A stretch of DNA of 64,000 nucleotides from Selaginella moellendorffii (Eukaryota > Plantae > Lycopodiophyta), in contig NW_003314342.1 in the NCBI RefSeq assembly GCF_000143415.4, positions 519,569 to 583,568 on the forward strand, read 5' to 3'. Below the pieces are notes generated by a model that saw nothing but the letters and a program-made list of their open reading frames with translations, did no database searches and was not told the DNA's origin. Position numbers and translations under genes: made by a program. Positions 49,389-61,557 of the stretch are shown here, piece after piece. Every line of letters starts with the position of its first letter. The first letter of the stretch is position 1.

Positions 49389-50835
49389 ATGGAGAATGCC
49401 TTTGCAGTGATGGCGATTCTTGCGTCAGTCTTCTGGAGCACAGCGGTCTCCAAGTTCTACATCGAATCGTGCTCGGGCGAGGACAAGTGTAAATCGCTGC
49501 TGGGCTATCGAATTGTCGCCGACACGAGGATCTCAAACGTGGTGGCCATGTTTGGAGTCACCACCGATGAAATCCTGGGATCAAACAACTACGAGGTCGC
49601 GATTCCAGAGCCCGACGACGTGATCATCCAGGCGCAGGAGCTCCTCCGGATCCCAGTCTCGTGCGCTTGCTCCAATGGCATCCGGCGCACCGATTCCATC
49701 GTCTACTCTGTCCGCCAGGAAGGCGAGACGCTCTTCTCGATCTCCAATGAAGTCTTCGGAGGGATGGTCACTCCCTTGCAAATCTTCCAGGCCAACAGCA
49801 ACGATCCAGCCGGGGATTTGAGCGAGAGGGGGCTGAATTCCAGCACGGAGGTTGCGATTGGGAAGAGATTGATGATCCCCTTCCCCTGCGCTTGCAACGC
49901 GGGGAATTTCAAGGGGATCCCCGCGATGTTCGTGTCTTACATGGTCCAGAGAGGGGAATCCACGTTTGAGATCGCGAGCTTGTTTGATTCCAGCGTTTCC
50001 AGCGTCGTGGAGCTCAATGGGATGCAAAAGGGATCATCCCTCGCGGCTGGAGACGTGCTCGAAGTTCCAATCCCAGGCAAGTTTTTTGAGAATTCAATGA
50101 CCTCTCATCTTCCAAAAAAAACATGGAAAATCCAGCCTGTGAGTCATCCTTTGATTCGAGAGCTGTGGACTATGGATTGATGGTTCCAAACGGGACTTAT
50201 ACCATCACTGCCGATCGATGCGTCCAGTGTTCTTGCAACTATCCAAGGTAAAACCCATGATGAGATCTTGGATCATGGAAAGATCATCTATGTTTTTCCA
50301 GGCTAGATTGCACTCCTGCTCCATCCAGCTCCGGATGTCCATGCCCAGCTCCTCGCTGTGCCGGGAGCAATCTCAAAATTGGTGAATTCACCACCAAAGC
50401 TTCGCTCCAAGGCTGTCAAGTTACGTCTTGCTCGTACAATGGTTTCCACGACTCGGTCATCTTCGTTGGGTATATAAACCGTTCCTCTTTAAACATAGAT
50501 CTATAAACCTTGTAACTCTTCCATTTGCTCTTTCTTTCTCAGCTTGGAAAGCACGAATCAATCAACATGTCCTGGTAAGTTTCATGGTTTCGAGATCGTT
50601 GATAATCCTTTTTTTTTCTCTGGCAGTTTCATCACCACCTCCAACATACAGGCAGTACATGCCCGCCTTGACACCTGATTCATCGCCCATCATAGAACCG
50701 CAGAACATTATTTCGAACCAAGTCACGCCGATCAATGCTGGAACAGCTCAACAATCCTCTTCTTCGTTTTCCTCGTTTCATCACATCGAGAAGCTTTTGC
50801 TAGTACTCACATCTCTCACACTACTACTACTCTAG
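49389..50835 (+). CDS. LYM: LysM-domain GPI-anchored protein (LYM/CEBiP family), multi-exon
   Basis: Signal peptide; IESC..CKSLLGY, IPVSCAC, IPFPCAC, SYMVQRGE LysM motifs; VPNGTYTITADRCVQCSC; hydrophobic GPI-signal C-terminus. Confidence 0.92.
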
Positions 50836-51151
50836 ATCCAGGTGCATATACATAGTCTCCTTTAAGAAAAGAAGCTTCTTTGTGTATATGTATATACTCA
50901 AAAGCTTCTTCTTTGGTAGAAAAGAAAGAAGAGCCTTTTTTTTCTATAGTTTTGAATCTACTTTTGTATCTCACATTCGAGGACGTAGCTCTAGCAATAA
51001 TGCAGGGTCATGGGACCTTGTGGTTGATTACAAATCCAACAAAAGGCGAGAACAACGCACTTGTTTGATCATAGTTTGCCGAGAAAGGCAAGCTTTTCCG
51101 TGGTGTTCTTTTGCCAACTTTGCAGCTTTCAAGGCACGAAACAAGTTTTAG

Positions 51152-52822
51152 TCAAGACGCAAAGATTAGATCGGCCAATCCCACGAACGCTGCCGAGTTA
51201 CTTGGATCGACCCCTTGCAAGAGCTGCGTGGCTGCTTGCCTTCCACAACTTGTATCAAAGTGGAGCCTCGACGCACCAAGGAGAGTTCCCAGCTCCGCGG
51301 CATTTGGAACGAACGAGAAACTCTCCACCATTTGCTGTGCTTGGTTGATCTTCCCGGCCCGGCCAAGTATGTCAATCACACAACAAAGCTGCTCTCTCGA
51401 CGGCTCTATTTCAAAGTCATCTCGCATCGACACAAACAGGTTCCAGCCTTCCTGGAGGAGTCCAATGTGGCTACACGCCGAGAGAACTGTTCTAACACAG
51501 CCCTTCTCGGGCTCCACTCCTTCCAAAACCATGAGCTTGAAGAGCTTGATAGAATCTTGGATATGGCCAAACTGTGCAAACGCAGCTATTATAGAGCTCC
51601 AGGCAATTTGGTCTCTCTCCTCCGGCATTGTGTAGAACAAGCTGGCTACCTCGCGCAGATGCCCGTTTTGGGCATATGACGAGAGCATAGAGCTCCATGC
51701 AACCACGTCCTTTTGAGGCATGCCAACAAAGACTAACTTAGCTTCTTCAAGGAGATCCTTTCTAACGTATGCTAGCATTAGAGCATTCCATGACAGAATG
51801 TTATGCTCTCTTGTTTTGACAAACACGTCCACTGCTTCTTCCAAATAGCCATGCCGGGCATAGAGATCCAGCATTGCGGTGGATGAAACTACGTTGTGCT
51901 CGGGCATCATATCAAACAAAGTCTTTGCTCGATCAAGGCTGTGGTGTGATCCTGTCATCAGGCTCGTGTATGAAGTCACGTCTCTCACCGGCATTTCTTC
52001 AAACAATCTCTCTGCCTCGTCGATATGCCCATTTCGGGCATAGGCTTGAAGAGCTGCGTTCCAAGTCACGAGGTCTCTCTCCGCCATCTCTTCAAATATC
52101 TCTTTTGCTTCTAACACTTTTCCAGCTTGACCATAGGCCGAAACCATCGTATTCCAAGTCACCACAGTTCTCACACTCATCCTGTCAAACAAATCTCTAG
52201 CTTTTTCTACGTATCCATTGATTGTGTATGACGAGAGCATCGCATTCCACGAGAAAACGTTTGAATCTGGCAAAGCACGAAAGATTCTTTCAGATTCGTC
52301 AATATGCCCAGACCGGGCATATGCAAGCATCATCGCGATTCCAGCTACAGAGTTTAGCTTCGGCATCCTTTTCAGAATATCGCTTCCTTCCATCAGAAAC
52401 CCTTCCTGAGCGTAAGCCGCCACCATTGCATTCCATGAAACTTCGGTGGGTTTTGATATTCTGTCAAAAACCCTCTTCGCTTTGTAGACATGCCCAGCTT
52501 GGGCATATGCTGTGATCATGATGTTAAACGATGCAACGTTTGGATTTGGGATTTTCTCAAAAACACTCTCTGCTTGATCCAAATTCCCATTCCTTGCGCA
52601 ATCCATTATGATTTTGTTCCACGAAACCACGCTGGGTTTTGAGACCTTTCGAGAGCTCTCCATCGTTTCACCCAATTGCCCGCCTTGGCAAAGTGAGCTC
52701 TCCGATTCCTTCCCGGGAAATTCCAAAATGCTCCCATTCCACTGCGTGGGCGATCCATCCGGTGCAAGGAAATCGCTGGGCTTGCGATAAATCCCACCAG
52801 ACGAAAGAGCTCTCTCCACCAT
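51152..52822 (-). CDS. PLS-class PPR protein rich in 31-aa S/SS motifs, E domain, no DYW
   Basis: Tandem VVSWN..AYA..G repeats; VLSACSHIG, DILGRAG and LLGASR E-domain motifs. Confidence 0.93.
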   Translation of the reverse strand: MVERALSSGGIYRKPSDFLAPDGSPTQWNGSILEFPGKESESSLCQGGQLGETMESSRKVSKPSVVSWNKIIMDCARNGNLDQAESVFEKIPNPNVASFNIMITAYAQAGHVYKAKRVFDRISKPTEVSWNAMVAAYAQEGFLMEGSDILKRMPKLNSVAGIAMMLAYARSGHIDESERIFRALPDSNVFSWNAMLSSYTINGYVEKARDLFDRMSVRTVVTWNTMVSAYGQAGKVLEAKEIFEEMAERDLVTWNAALQAYARNGHIDEAERLFEEMPVRDVTSYTSLMTGSHHSLDRAKTLFDMMPEHNVVSSTAMLDLYARHGYLEEAVDVFVKTREHNILSWNALMLAYVRKDLLEEAKLVFVGMPQKDVVAWSSMLSSYAQNGHLREVASLFYTMPEERDQIAWSSIIAAFAQFGHIQDSIKLFKLMVLEGVEPEKGCVRTVLSACSHIGLLQEGWNLFVSMRDDFEIEPSREQLCCVIDILGRAGKINQAQQMVESFSFVPNAAELGTLLGASRLHFDTSCGRQAATQLLQGVDPSNSAAFVGLADLIFAS

Positions 52823-52877
52823 CGCGGTCGTGGATCATCTTATCTTCTCCGGATTTCCCCTAAAAACAGAGCATGCC

Positions 52878-53621
52878 ATGGCGACTCTGTTCCACTCCCA
52901 CATTCCCACTCCAAGATCGCGAATTCTCAGGCGCAGGAGGCGCATTCTCTGTGAACTGGAAGAGCAGCAGCAGCAGCAATCCCCAAAGAAGCAAGATCCA
53001 GGCACCAAAATCCAGCTCGATTCCTCCACAGACTGGATCGCTTCGTCGCTGACAAGAAGATTTGGACTGGGGGCAGGCCTGGGATACGTGGGCTTCCTCG
53101 CATTCGGTGTAATCTCCGAGCAGATCAAAACGAGAACCGAGGTCGCCCTCGAGGAGCAAGGCTCCAGGTCAGAAATCCTCGCTTAGATTCGTCCTTTCGC
53201 TTAGATCTTGCGAGGTTCTTGCAGGGAAATCCAAGATGGAAAGGAGACCGTGCTTCCGAATGGAGTGAGGTTCACAGACCTGGTAATCGGAGGAGGGGCT
53301 TCTCCCAAGCGCGGGGATTTGGTGGTCGTGGATCTTGTGGGGAGAGTGACAAGCACTGGAGAGAAATTCGTTGACACGATCGGGAACAAGAGGCCACTGG
53401 TGTTCGTGTATGGCGCGAAGCCATACTCTGGTGGGATGTGCGATGGATTGGAGTTTGCGCTGGCATCGATGAACGCCGGTGGCGAGAGGAGGGTGATCGT
53501 GCCTCCTGCGCTAGGGTTTGGCGAACGAGGGGAAGATTTTGGAGCTCAAGGAAGAGTGGATCCAGACCAAGAGCTTGAATTCGTTGTCCAGCTTAGAAAG
53601 GTATCGATCTCACCCACATAG
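52878..53621 (+). CDS. FKBP17: Chloroplast FKBP-type PPIase (FKBP17-like), one intron
   Basis: Transit peptide; TDWIASSLTRRFGLGAGL; FKBP domain GGERRVIVPPALGFG; intron ~53168-53224. Confidence 0.9.
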
Positions 53622-53647
53622 ATCCTCGCAGGAACTCTAGAGAATGG

Positions 53648-56347
53648 ATGTTTCCATTCAACCGGAAGGGCATCTTGCTTTCTACTGGAAGGCTCATTCG
53701 CAGCGTGAATTTGCAAGCGAGCAACACATCCCTGGAGCAATCCATTCTTTCCCTGATCGCCCAAGAGCAGCAGCAAGCTCCTGATCCAGCAGAGTGCGCG
53801 CGATTGATCATCGCCTGCAAGAACGCCAAAGCCCACGAGCAAGGAAAATTCATCCATGGCTTCCTCGCACGGCACGGCCTCCTCCATCGCAATCCTATCC
53901 TCGCGGAGCTCCTGCTCGAGATGTACATTCGCTGTGGCAGCCTGGATGACGCCACCCAGACCTTCGATTCCATGCCGGAGAGAGATCTCAAGTCCTGGTC
54001 CAGGATGATCACCGCAAATGCCCAGAGTGGGAACTACACGCAGGCATTTGCGCTCTTCCAGAAACTCCACGTCCACGGTGTTCTTCCCAACCAGATCGCG
54101 CTGGTTGCCACCCTCAACTCCTGCCTCGCCGACCACCAGGTGAGATCCGTTCACGAGTGCGCTCGAGAGATCCACTGCGAGCACGAGAAGATCGTCGCGA
54201 CTGCGCTGCTCAACGCCTATGGCAAATGCGGCGACCTGAAGAGCGCTGGAGCGATCTTCCGCGGGATGGAGGAGCGAGACTTGATCTCCTGGACCGCGCT
54301 GATCACCGGATACGCCCAGTTTGGCCACTCCCGCCAAGCTCTGGACCTCTACCGGGAGATGCTCATGGACGGAGTCTCGCCGAGCAGGATCACTTTCCTC
54401 TCGCTCTTGAGCGCTTGCACGAAGCTGGGAAGCTTGCGAGAGGCCAGCCTCGTCCACGATCACATCCGGCAGAGTGGCAACCAGCAGGGGCTCTCGATCC
54501 AGAACGGGGTCGTGTGTATGTATCACCGCTGCGGCAGTGTCGAGAATGCCAAGCTGGTGTTCGATGCGATGCCTCGGCGAGACGTGATCTCGTGGACGTC
54601 GATGATCGCGGCCTATGCCCAGAGTGGTAGCTGTGACGATGCGATCAGGCTGTACAGGAGAATGGAGCTGGAAGGCGAGAAGCCAAACAAGGTGACGTTC
54701 CTCGCGGCTATGGAAGCTTGTGCGAAGTCTTTGGCTCCGGAAGAAGAAGCCGACGCTCTTCACAGGTGCGTGATCGAGAGCGGGCTGGAAACCGACGTTG
54801 TGGTGGCCACTGCACTCGTCAACATGTATGGAAAGTCTGCCAGAACGCTCGGAAGAGCTCAAGAGATCTTCGATGGAGTAGAGAAGCGGGACAACGTCGT
54901 GTGGAACGCACTGATTGCGGCCTACGCGCAGCACGGCTGCCGCGACCGCGCGCTGGATCTCCTGGAGCAAATGCAGCGCCAGAGTTTCTTTCCGGACAAG
55001 CCGGCCTTTGTGTCCGTCCTGAGCGCGCTCACTGGCTCGTCCTCGCTCGCGCTGGGACGTTCCATCCACGCCGCCATCGCCGACAAAGGCTTCGAGTCGG
55101 ACAGCATCGTCCGGAACGCGCTGATGAACATGTATGGCAAGTGTGGCTGCGCCGAGGACGCGCTCCGGCTGTTCGAGGCCTCGCCGAGGCTCCAAAACGT
55201 GATCTCCTGGAACACCGTAATAGCCGTGCACGCGCAGAACGGCGAGCACCAGCGATCCATGGTTCTCTTCCATCGAATGCAGCTCGCAGGAGTTTCAGCC
55301 GATCGAGCCACCTTGCTCACAGTTCTCTACGCATGCACGAATCCAGCAGCTCTTAGAACCGGGAGGCTTGTCCGCGAGGTCGCCACCCAGCGCGGCTACC
55401 ACCACGAAGTCAAGTTCCAGACCGCGCTCGTTCTCATGCACGCCAAGTGCGAAACTCTCGACGCCGCGGTGGAGGTGTTCGAGAGCATGCACCACCGAGA
55501 CACCCCCTCCTGGAACGCCATGGTCGCAGCGTATGGCTACCACGGTAACTGCGACCTCGCGCGGAGAACCTTCGACGACACCCCTGACAAGAACCTCGCG
55601 TCCTGGAACTCGATCATCGCAGCGTGTTCTCTCAACGGCCGCTGGAAAGAAAGCTTCAAGCTCTTGCAGCAAATGCAAGTTGATGGCGCCGTCCCGGACA
55701 CTGTCACGCTAGTCACAGTTCTCAGCTCCTGCGCTGCTGGAAGCGCCATCGCCAAAGGACGAGCCGTGCATAGATTCGCGGCCGAGAACGGGCTCATGTC
55801 CGACGTTGCGGTGGCGAACGGCGTCGTGGACTTTTACGGGAAGTGTGGATGCCTGCTCGAAGCTCGCGCGGTGCTGGACGAGATGGCCAAGCTCGACGAG
55901 GTGACATGGAACTCGCTGCTTGCCGGATATGCCCAGCACGGATATGGCGTGGAAACGCTCGAGGCCTTCACCGAGATGCAGCACCGGGGCTACTCCGCCA
56001 ACCGAATCACGTTCATGAGCGTCTTGCATGCATGCAGTCACGTCGGGCTCGTGGCCGAGGGCTGCAAGTATTTCAGCAGCATGATCGGCGACTATGGCTT
56101 CCAGCCGATTGAGGAGCACTGCGGCTGCATGATTGATCTGCTGGGACGAGCTGGGCACTTGAGTGAAGCCAAGACGCTGCTTGCGAGAATGCCGTTTAAG
56201 CCCAACCTGATTGCCTGGATGTCCCTGCTTGGCTCTTGCAAGGTTCATGGGAATCTAGAGCTGGGAAGGGACGCAGCGCTCAAAGTTTTGGAGTTCGACC
56301 CCGAGAATGCTGCGGCTCATATGCTTCTGTCCGAAATCGTCACCTAG
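53648..56347 (+). CDS. PLS-class PPR protein (899 aa) with E domain, no DYW
   Basis: P-L-S triplets; ACSHVG, DLLGRAG, WMSLLGSC motifs. Confidence 0.95.
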   Translation: MFPFNRKGILLSTGRLIRSVNLQASNTSLEQSILSLIAQEQQQAPDPAECARLIIACKNAKAHEQGKFIHGFLARHGLLHRNPILAELLLEMYIRCGSLDDATQTFDSMPERDLKSWSRMITANAQSGNYTQAFALFQKLHVHGVLPNQIALVATLNSCLADHQVRSVHECAREIHCEHEKIVATALLNAYGKCGDLKSAGAIFRGMEERDLISWTALITGYAQFGHSRQALDLYREMLMDGVSPSRITFLSLLSACTKLGSLREASLVHDHIRQSGNQQGLSIQNGVVCMYHRCGSVENAKLVFDAMPRRDVISWTSMIAAYAQSGSCDDAIRLYRRMELEGEKPNKVTFLAAMEACAKSLAPEEEADALHRCVIESGLETDVVVATALVNMYGKSARTLGRAQEIFDGVEKRDNVVWNALIAAYAQHGCRDRALDLLEQMQRQSFFPDKPAFVSVLSALTGSSSLALGRSIHAAIADKGFESDSIVRNALMNMYGKCGCAEDALRLFEASPRLQNVISWNTVIAVHAQNGEHQRSMVLFHRMQLAGVSADRATLLTVLYACTNPAALRTGRLVREVATQRGYHHEVKFQTALVLMHAKCETLDAAVEVFESMHHRDTPSWNAMVAAYGYHGNCDLARRTFDDTPDKNLASWNSIIAACSLNGRWKESFKLLQQMQVDGAVPDTVTLVTVLSSCAAGSAIAKGRAVHRFAAENGLMSDVAVANGVVDFYGKCGCLLEARAVLDEMAKLDEVTWNSLLAGYAQHGYGVETLEAFTEMQHRGYSANRITFMSVLHACSHVGLVAEGCKYFSSMIGDYGFQPIEEHCGCMIDLLGRAGHLSEAKTLLARMPFKPNLIAWMSLLGSCKVHGNLELGRDAALKVLEFDPENAAAHMLLSEIVT

Positions 56348-56864
56348 ATAGCTCGGTTCCTCTGGAATTCAGTGGGAGGAGCTCTACAGGCAAGCGTATC
56401 AATGAAAGATGATCCTGGCTGGCGGATGTTCCTCAGTTGGAGCATGGCTAAACAGCTCAAGTTTTTGAGATTCCTACAAATGCCAAGAACAAGAATTCTA
56501 TGATCAGCAAATGCCCAGAAGGAGGACTTTTCACAAGAACAGGTTTTTGAGATCCCACCGCAAATGCCCAGAAGGAGAACAGTTTGGGAATCTTGCAGAA
56601 AAAACCGGTAAAGTTTTTGAGTGTACTTTGTGACTGCTGGGATTCGAGCCCAGGTCTCCACGGCCACAACGTGGAATTCTCACCACTAAACTACAGCCAC
56701 ATTCAGTCACTAAGACATATATTTAACTTGATAATCTTAATTTATTATTTATAAGAAAAAACTCACACTTATTTCATAATAATTAACTAAGTAATTTTAT
56801 CAAAAAGATTCTCATAAGTGACATAACCCCATTTTTAGGGTTCCAAGAACAGAGGAAGAAGGGA

Positions 56865-58450
56865 ATGCTGGGGAAGAGATGGGTGATGCTGGTAGCTGGG
56901 CTGTGGATCCAATTCACCGCTGGTTCCCCCTACGTCTTCGGCCTCTACTCCGAATCCCTCAAGCGCGCGCTCGGCTACACGCAAACCCAGCTCGACACCA
57001 TCGCCTTCTTCAAGGGAATCGGCGCCAACGTTGGCATCCATGCCGGATTGCTCTACCTGCTTGTCCCGCCCTGGGCGATCCTGGCAATTGGATCGCTCCT
57101 CAACCTCGTCGGCTATCTGTCCATCTGGCTCGCCGCCGCTGGAAAGCTCGGGCGCGTGGATTTCTGGCAAGTCTGCGTGTTCATGCTCCTCGCCGCCAAT
57201 GCGCAAACCTTTCTCAACACCGCGGTGGTGGTCACCTCGGTGGCGAATTTCCCGAGCAGCCGAGGCACAGTGGTCGGCCTCATGAAGGTAAAGATCGTTT
57301 CTTCCAAGAACTTTTGGAAACTTGACGAGATCTTTGTTTCCTCCAGGGTGGCCTGGGATTGAGTGGCGCGGTTCTTACGCTGATCTTTAGAACACTCCGT
57401 ACAAGAGATCAAGTCTCGTACACTCTCTTCGCGGCTCTAGTCCCATCTCTGGCCTCTCTCTTGCTCATGTTTCTCATCCGGCCACTGCCAGTAGCAATCG
57501 ATCGATTCGAAACGACCAACTTACACAAGATCTCCGGGATCATCGTGGCTATCGCGTTTCTCCTCGTCCCAATCTCGATAGCTTCTCCAAACCAAGCGCT
57601 AGCGATGGACTTCTCAGCTCTCCTCATTCTCCTCCTCCTCGCATCGCCCCTCCTCGTTGCATTGCGAGCCGAGCTCACGGCCGAGGAAGACCACTCCACC
57701 CAAGAGCAAGCCAGGCTCTTGGAACCCGAGGATCCGCCAAGATCATCCCGCAAGCCTGACTTGCAACTCGGCCAGGAATTCACGCTCGCCCAGGCGCTAT
57801 CATCGCTGGAGTTTTGGCTGCTCTTCGTCGCGGCGTTCTGTGGCATGGGAACCGGGCTCACCACCATCGACAACGTCAACCAGCTCGGCCTCTCGCTTGG
57901 CCACTCCAAGCGCGACATCTCGATCGTTGTCTCGCTCATGAGCGTCTGGAACTTCCTGGGCCGGTTTCTAGCTGGACTGATCTCGGACAAGTTCCTCCAC
58001 TCGCAGGGCTTCCCACGGCCGGCTTTCATCGCCATCGCTCTGGGAGCACAGTCTCTGGGCCATCTCGTCGTCGCCATGGCTCTTCCGGGAGCTCTCTACG
58101 TTGGAACTCTGGCGATTCTTCTCGGCTATGGCGCGCACTGGTCTCTCATGCCCGCCACCGTCTCGGAGATCTTCGGGCTGGGACGATTTGGAGCGCTCTT
58201 CAACACGCTCACGGTGGCCAGCCCGCTGGGATCTTACGTCTTCTCGGTCCAAGTTGCGGGTTCTTTCTACGATAGGGAGGCCCGAGAGCAAGGATCTTCC
58301 AGCTGCTATGGTTCTCACTGCTTCATGGCCACCTTTCTCATTCTCGCTGGAGTTTGCGTCTTTGGGTGCCTGACCACGCTGGTGATGGTCGCGACGACGA
58401 GAGAGTTTTATAAAACCCAAGCCTTCGAGAACTCGAGAGAAAGAATATAG
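56865..58450 (+). CDS. Nodulin-like / NFD4-like MFS transporter, one intron
   Basis: WIQFTAGSPYVFGLYS, NFPSSRGTVVGLMK|GGLGLSGA, GTGLTTIDN, SEIFGL, CYGSHCF. Confidence 0.93.
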
Positions 58451-58662
58451 CTATATAAAAAGCATCATCGATCGATCAAGAGTCAGTTTTTGGACGAAAA
58501 CTTAGCTCGACAATCGCGCTCCCACATCTAAAAGCTATGAAAAAATAGAGATACCTGAGAGGTTCCCGAGCAAATCAATCGTGACAGTTAATAACAGCAA
58601 ACCGGAAAAATAACTTACACAAGAGAGGGACTCGCCTCCTCCCTTCTCACTCCTCCATCGTC

Positions 58663-60280
58663 TCATCTGTTCGTCGTCGTTTGAGGATTACTCGCAGCTC
58701 CATTCGCTCGCCCTTCTTCATCTCTACCGCCAACGCCGGCAGCCAGAGCCATAATATCCGGAGTGATCTCCCAGCTTCCACTCTTCCGTCCCCAGCTAGA
58801 TCTTCTCGGGTGTAGTGCGCTGCTGCCGGCCACTGCTGGAGCAGGAGCAGGAGGAGCTCGCGAGAATGTCCCGTTCTTGATATCCAGACCGATGTCACCA
58901 CCATTGCTCACTCTTCCCGGATCATCGGACGAAACTTCGCCGCCGCTGTTGCTGGTTGGAAGAGCTACTCGCTCTGGCCATGCCGGCTTCACCCCTCCTT
59001 CCAAATCCGAGCCAGCAGACTTTAGAGACGTCGCCGTGGGAGTAACCGCCATTTGCTGTCTCGCTCCTTGTCCCTGTCCTGAGCTTTCCGTCGTTACTTT
59101 ACCCCGAAAGTGGTTCTTGGAGGGAGCAATCTTGGAAAAGAAGATCTCGCGGAAGTTGTCTACCACGCCTAGATTGTAAGGATTGACTTTATTGTCGTAG
59201 CGGTAGCGGAAGTTCTCGTAAGTCGTCTGCACGAGTCACAGCGCACAACCCGAGATCAAAGTACTGTACGAAGAAAACCTTTAAAGATCTTTTTCTTCTC
59301 TCTTTCATACCTGGTTTGTACCGATGAGGTAAAGGTGGAAGAGCGTGAGGCCCCCCACAAACCACACGGCGACGAACGTGTAAGCCATGAGAGCAATGGA
59401 CGCGGGCGACTTTCTCATGGCTTTCCACGCCGAGCTCTGGTGGTCGTCCATGACAAACTTGATCTCCAGCGCACACATCGCAAAAACATACACACACATC
59501 AGCGTGGCCGACGAGACGAACATGAAGAAGAATCTGTAGTTCCTCTGCGAAGAAAAAAAAAAAAAGAGGAACAAGTTAGCAAAGAACAAAAGAAGAGAAG
59601 AAGCTTACTTGTCCAATGCACTGGCCAACCCAGGGGCAGTGGTGATCAAAGCGCTCCACGCAATTGTTGCAGATGGAACAGTGAGAACACCGGGGAGGCC
59701 GATAGAGCATGCACGTATCACAATACTTTATTTTCACCGCAACCCCGTTAACTATGACATCTTTCGTCCTAGCGGGTCGACGGGGCGTCCAATCCTCCGC
59801 GTCTTCCTCTGGCTCTGGAGGGTGAGCGTTCCTGGGGATAATCCCCGGATCCCTTCCAGAGGTCAGGAGAAGCAACACCAAAATCTACAGCGGAACCACC
59901 ACCAAACGTAAGTTCATCCAAGAAGGCCAAAAGAAGCCATCCATAGGGAGAAGAAAAAAAAACCAAAGAACTCACATAGGCTGTGTAGACGACCATCACG
60001 ACCATGATTGCGATCCCACCATTGTTGCTAAATCTATCGAGCAGGTCCCTGGCGACGAAGACGCAAAAGATCACCGCGGGGCCGATGAGGAGAAACAGCG
60101 TGACGAGCAGCGATCTCACATCTGGTCCAAAAATTAGGCGCCCGTGGAACAAGAATTTCTGGCAGCAAGCCAAGCCAAGAAAGAGAGCCCATCAGTACCT
60201 CAGATCGATCGAAGAGAAGGGAAAGAACGCGAAATTACTACATTGCTGCCTTGCCAGCTCTGATAAACGCGCTCCTCCAT
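58663..60280 (-). CDS. PAT: DHHC protein S-acyltransferase, multi-exon
   Basis: [10 protein letters not shown]|[62 protein letters not shown]. Confidence 0.95.
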
Positions 60281-60939
60281 CACTGATCCCCCCAGATCCT
60301 TCTCATTCTTCGCAAAAGAGACCTAAATCCTGCGAGAATTCCAGCACAAACCCCGATCGCGCGAATTCGCCGAATTGCCGTGGAGAGATCCCGAGCCGGG
60401 AGGAGAGCTACCTAGTCTAGCAGCAGCATCAGCAGCAGCAGCCGCGAGAGGCATCGTCGGTGGTGGCGTCGTCATCCATGGCAGCGCTGCGCAATGGTCA
60501 AAACCCTAGAGGAAGAACGCTTGGCCATTTCCATGCCATTGCCACTACCTAGTGAGAAGCTGCCCATTTAGCTTGTGTGGTTTTTCTTTGAATGCGCCGC
60601 GTGCGGCGGCCCCCTTGCCGCATGCGGCAAAGCAGCGACGTCGTGGGCCACGTCCGCCGCAAAGGTTTCCAACCCGCCCACGATTCGAACGCCCCACCGG
60701 TTTTAACTTCACCCCAGATTTTTCCACTCGATTGATCGCAACGTCTTCACACCAAAGAAGAACGCAAAGATCTTCCTTCTTTGCGATCGATCGAGCAAGC
60801 ATAGAGCAAGTGAGAATGGGTTGATCGAAACAATCTATATCTATTTGCATCAATCGAGCGAGCAAATTTGCAACACGAAGAGCAAGATTTACAGAACCAA
60901 GGTGACCGTTTTGCCTGTGATATTTTCGATCATCTCTTC

Positions 60940-61465
60940 TCAGCTGGAGCTCTCCAATCTTCTCGAGAATCTACACACAGCACAGTGAGATCGATCGAAG
61001 AGAAAGAATTTAAAAAAATGGATGGCGATCGAATCGAAATTTGGACTCACTCTTCGAAGCACCACATCGCGACTTGGGTGCTCTTGTAGCACACATACCA
61101 CATCGCGATCAATACGACCAATCCTTAGAATCAGTCAAAGGAAAGAACAAAGAGAGGGATTTTTTTTTTCGCGAGAACGAGACGATCGAAAGGATACTGA
61201 CAAGGAGCCTCTCCCACCAATCCATCATGTAAGGCGCCATTGTAACGTCGAAAAGGAACAGCATTCGCTTGATCCATGCTCGAAAACCAAGATTTCGCTT
61301 GGGTCGATTGCGCTGCTGAGAGAAATTGATCCATTGATTCAATGGACTGGGAGAGAGAACCACAGCATTGCAAGGTGGAGACCATACCACTCCAGAGTAG
61401 CGATCTTCGTAGTGCTCCACGCCGCCATTTGCTGTAGCACGCGCTTCTCGTCGCCCTCCCGACAT
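60940..61465 (-). CDS. ssSPT: Small subunit of serine palmitoyltransferase (ssSPT); terminal exons uncertain
   Basis: WIKRMLFLFDVTMAPYMMDWWERLL..LVVLIAMWYVCY parallels plant ssSPT WVQRKIYLYNVTFGLYMLDWWERYLF..MWFVLYN; alternative stop at 61047. Confidence 0.85.
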
Positions 61466-61557
61466 GCTCTCCGTATCAACCCTAACAGAATATCCTTTCC
61501 CAGCTAAAAGGTATATCCTTTGACTTGTATATTCGTACAAGATTCCCCCTTCGTTTT

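Noticed and set aside
53546-55273. 575-aa antisense ORF
   Set aside because: Shadow frame of the GC-rich PPR gene.
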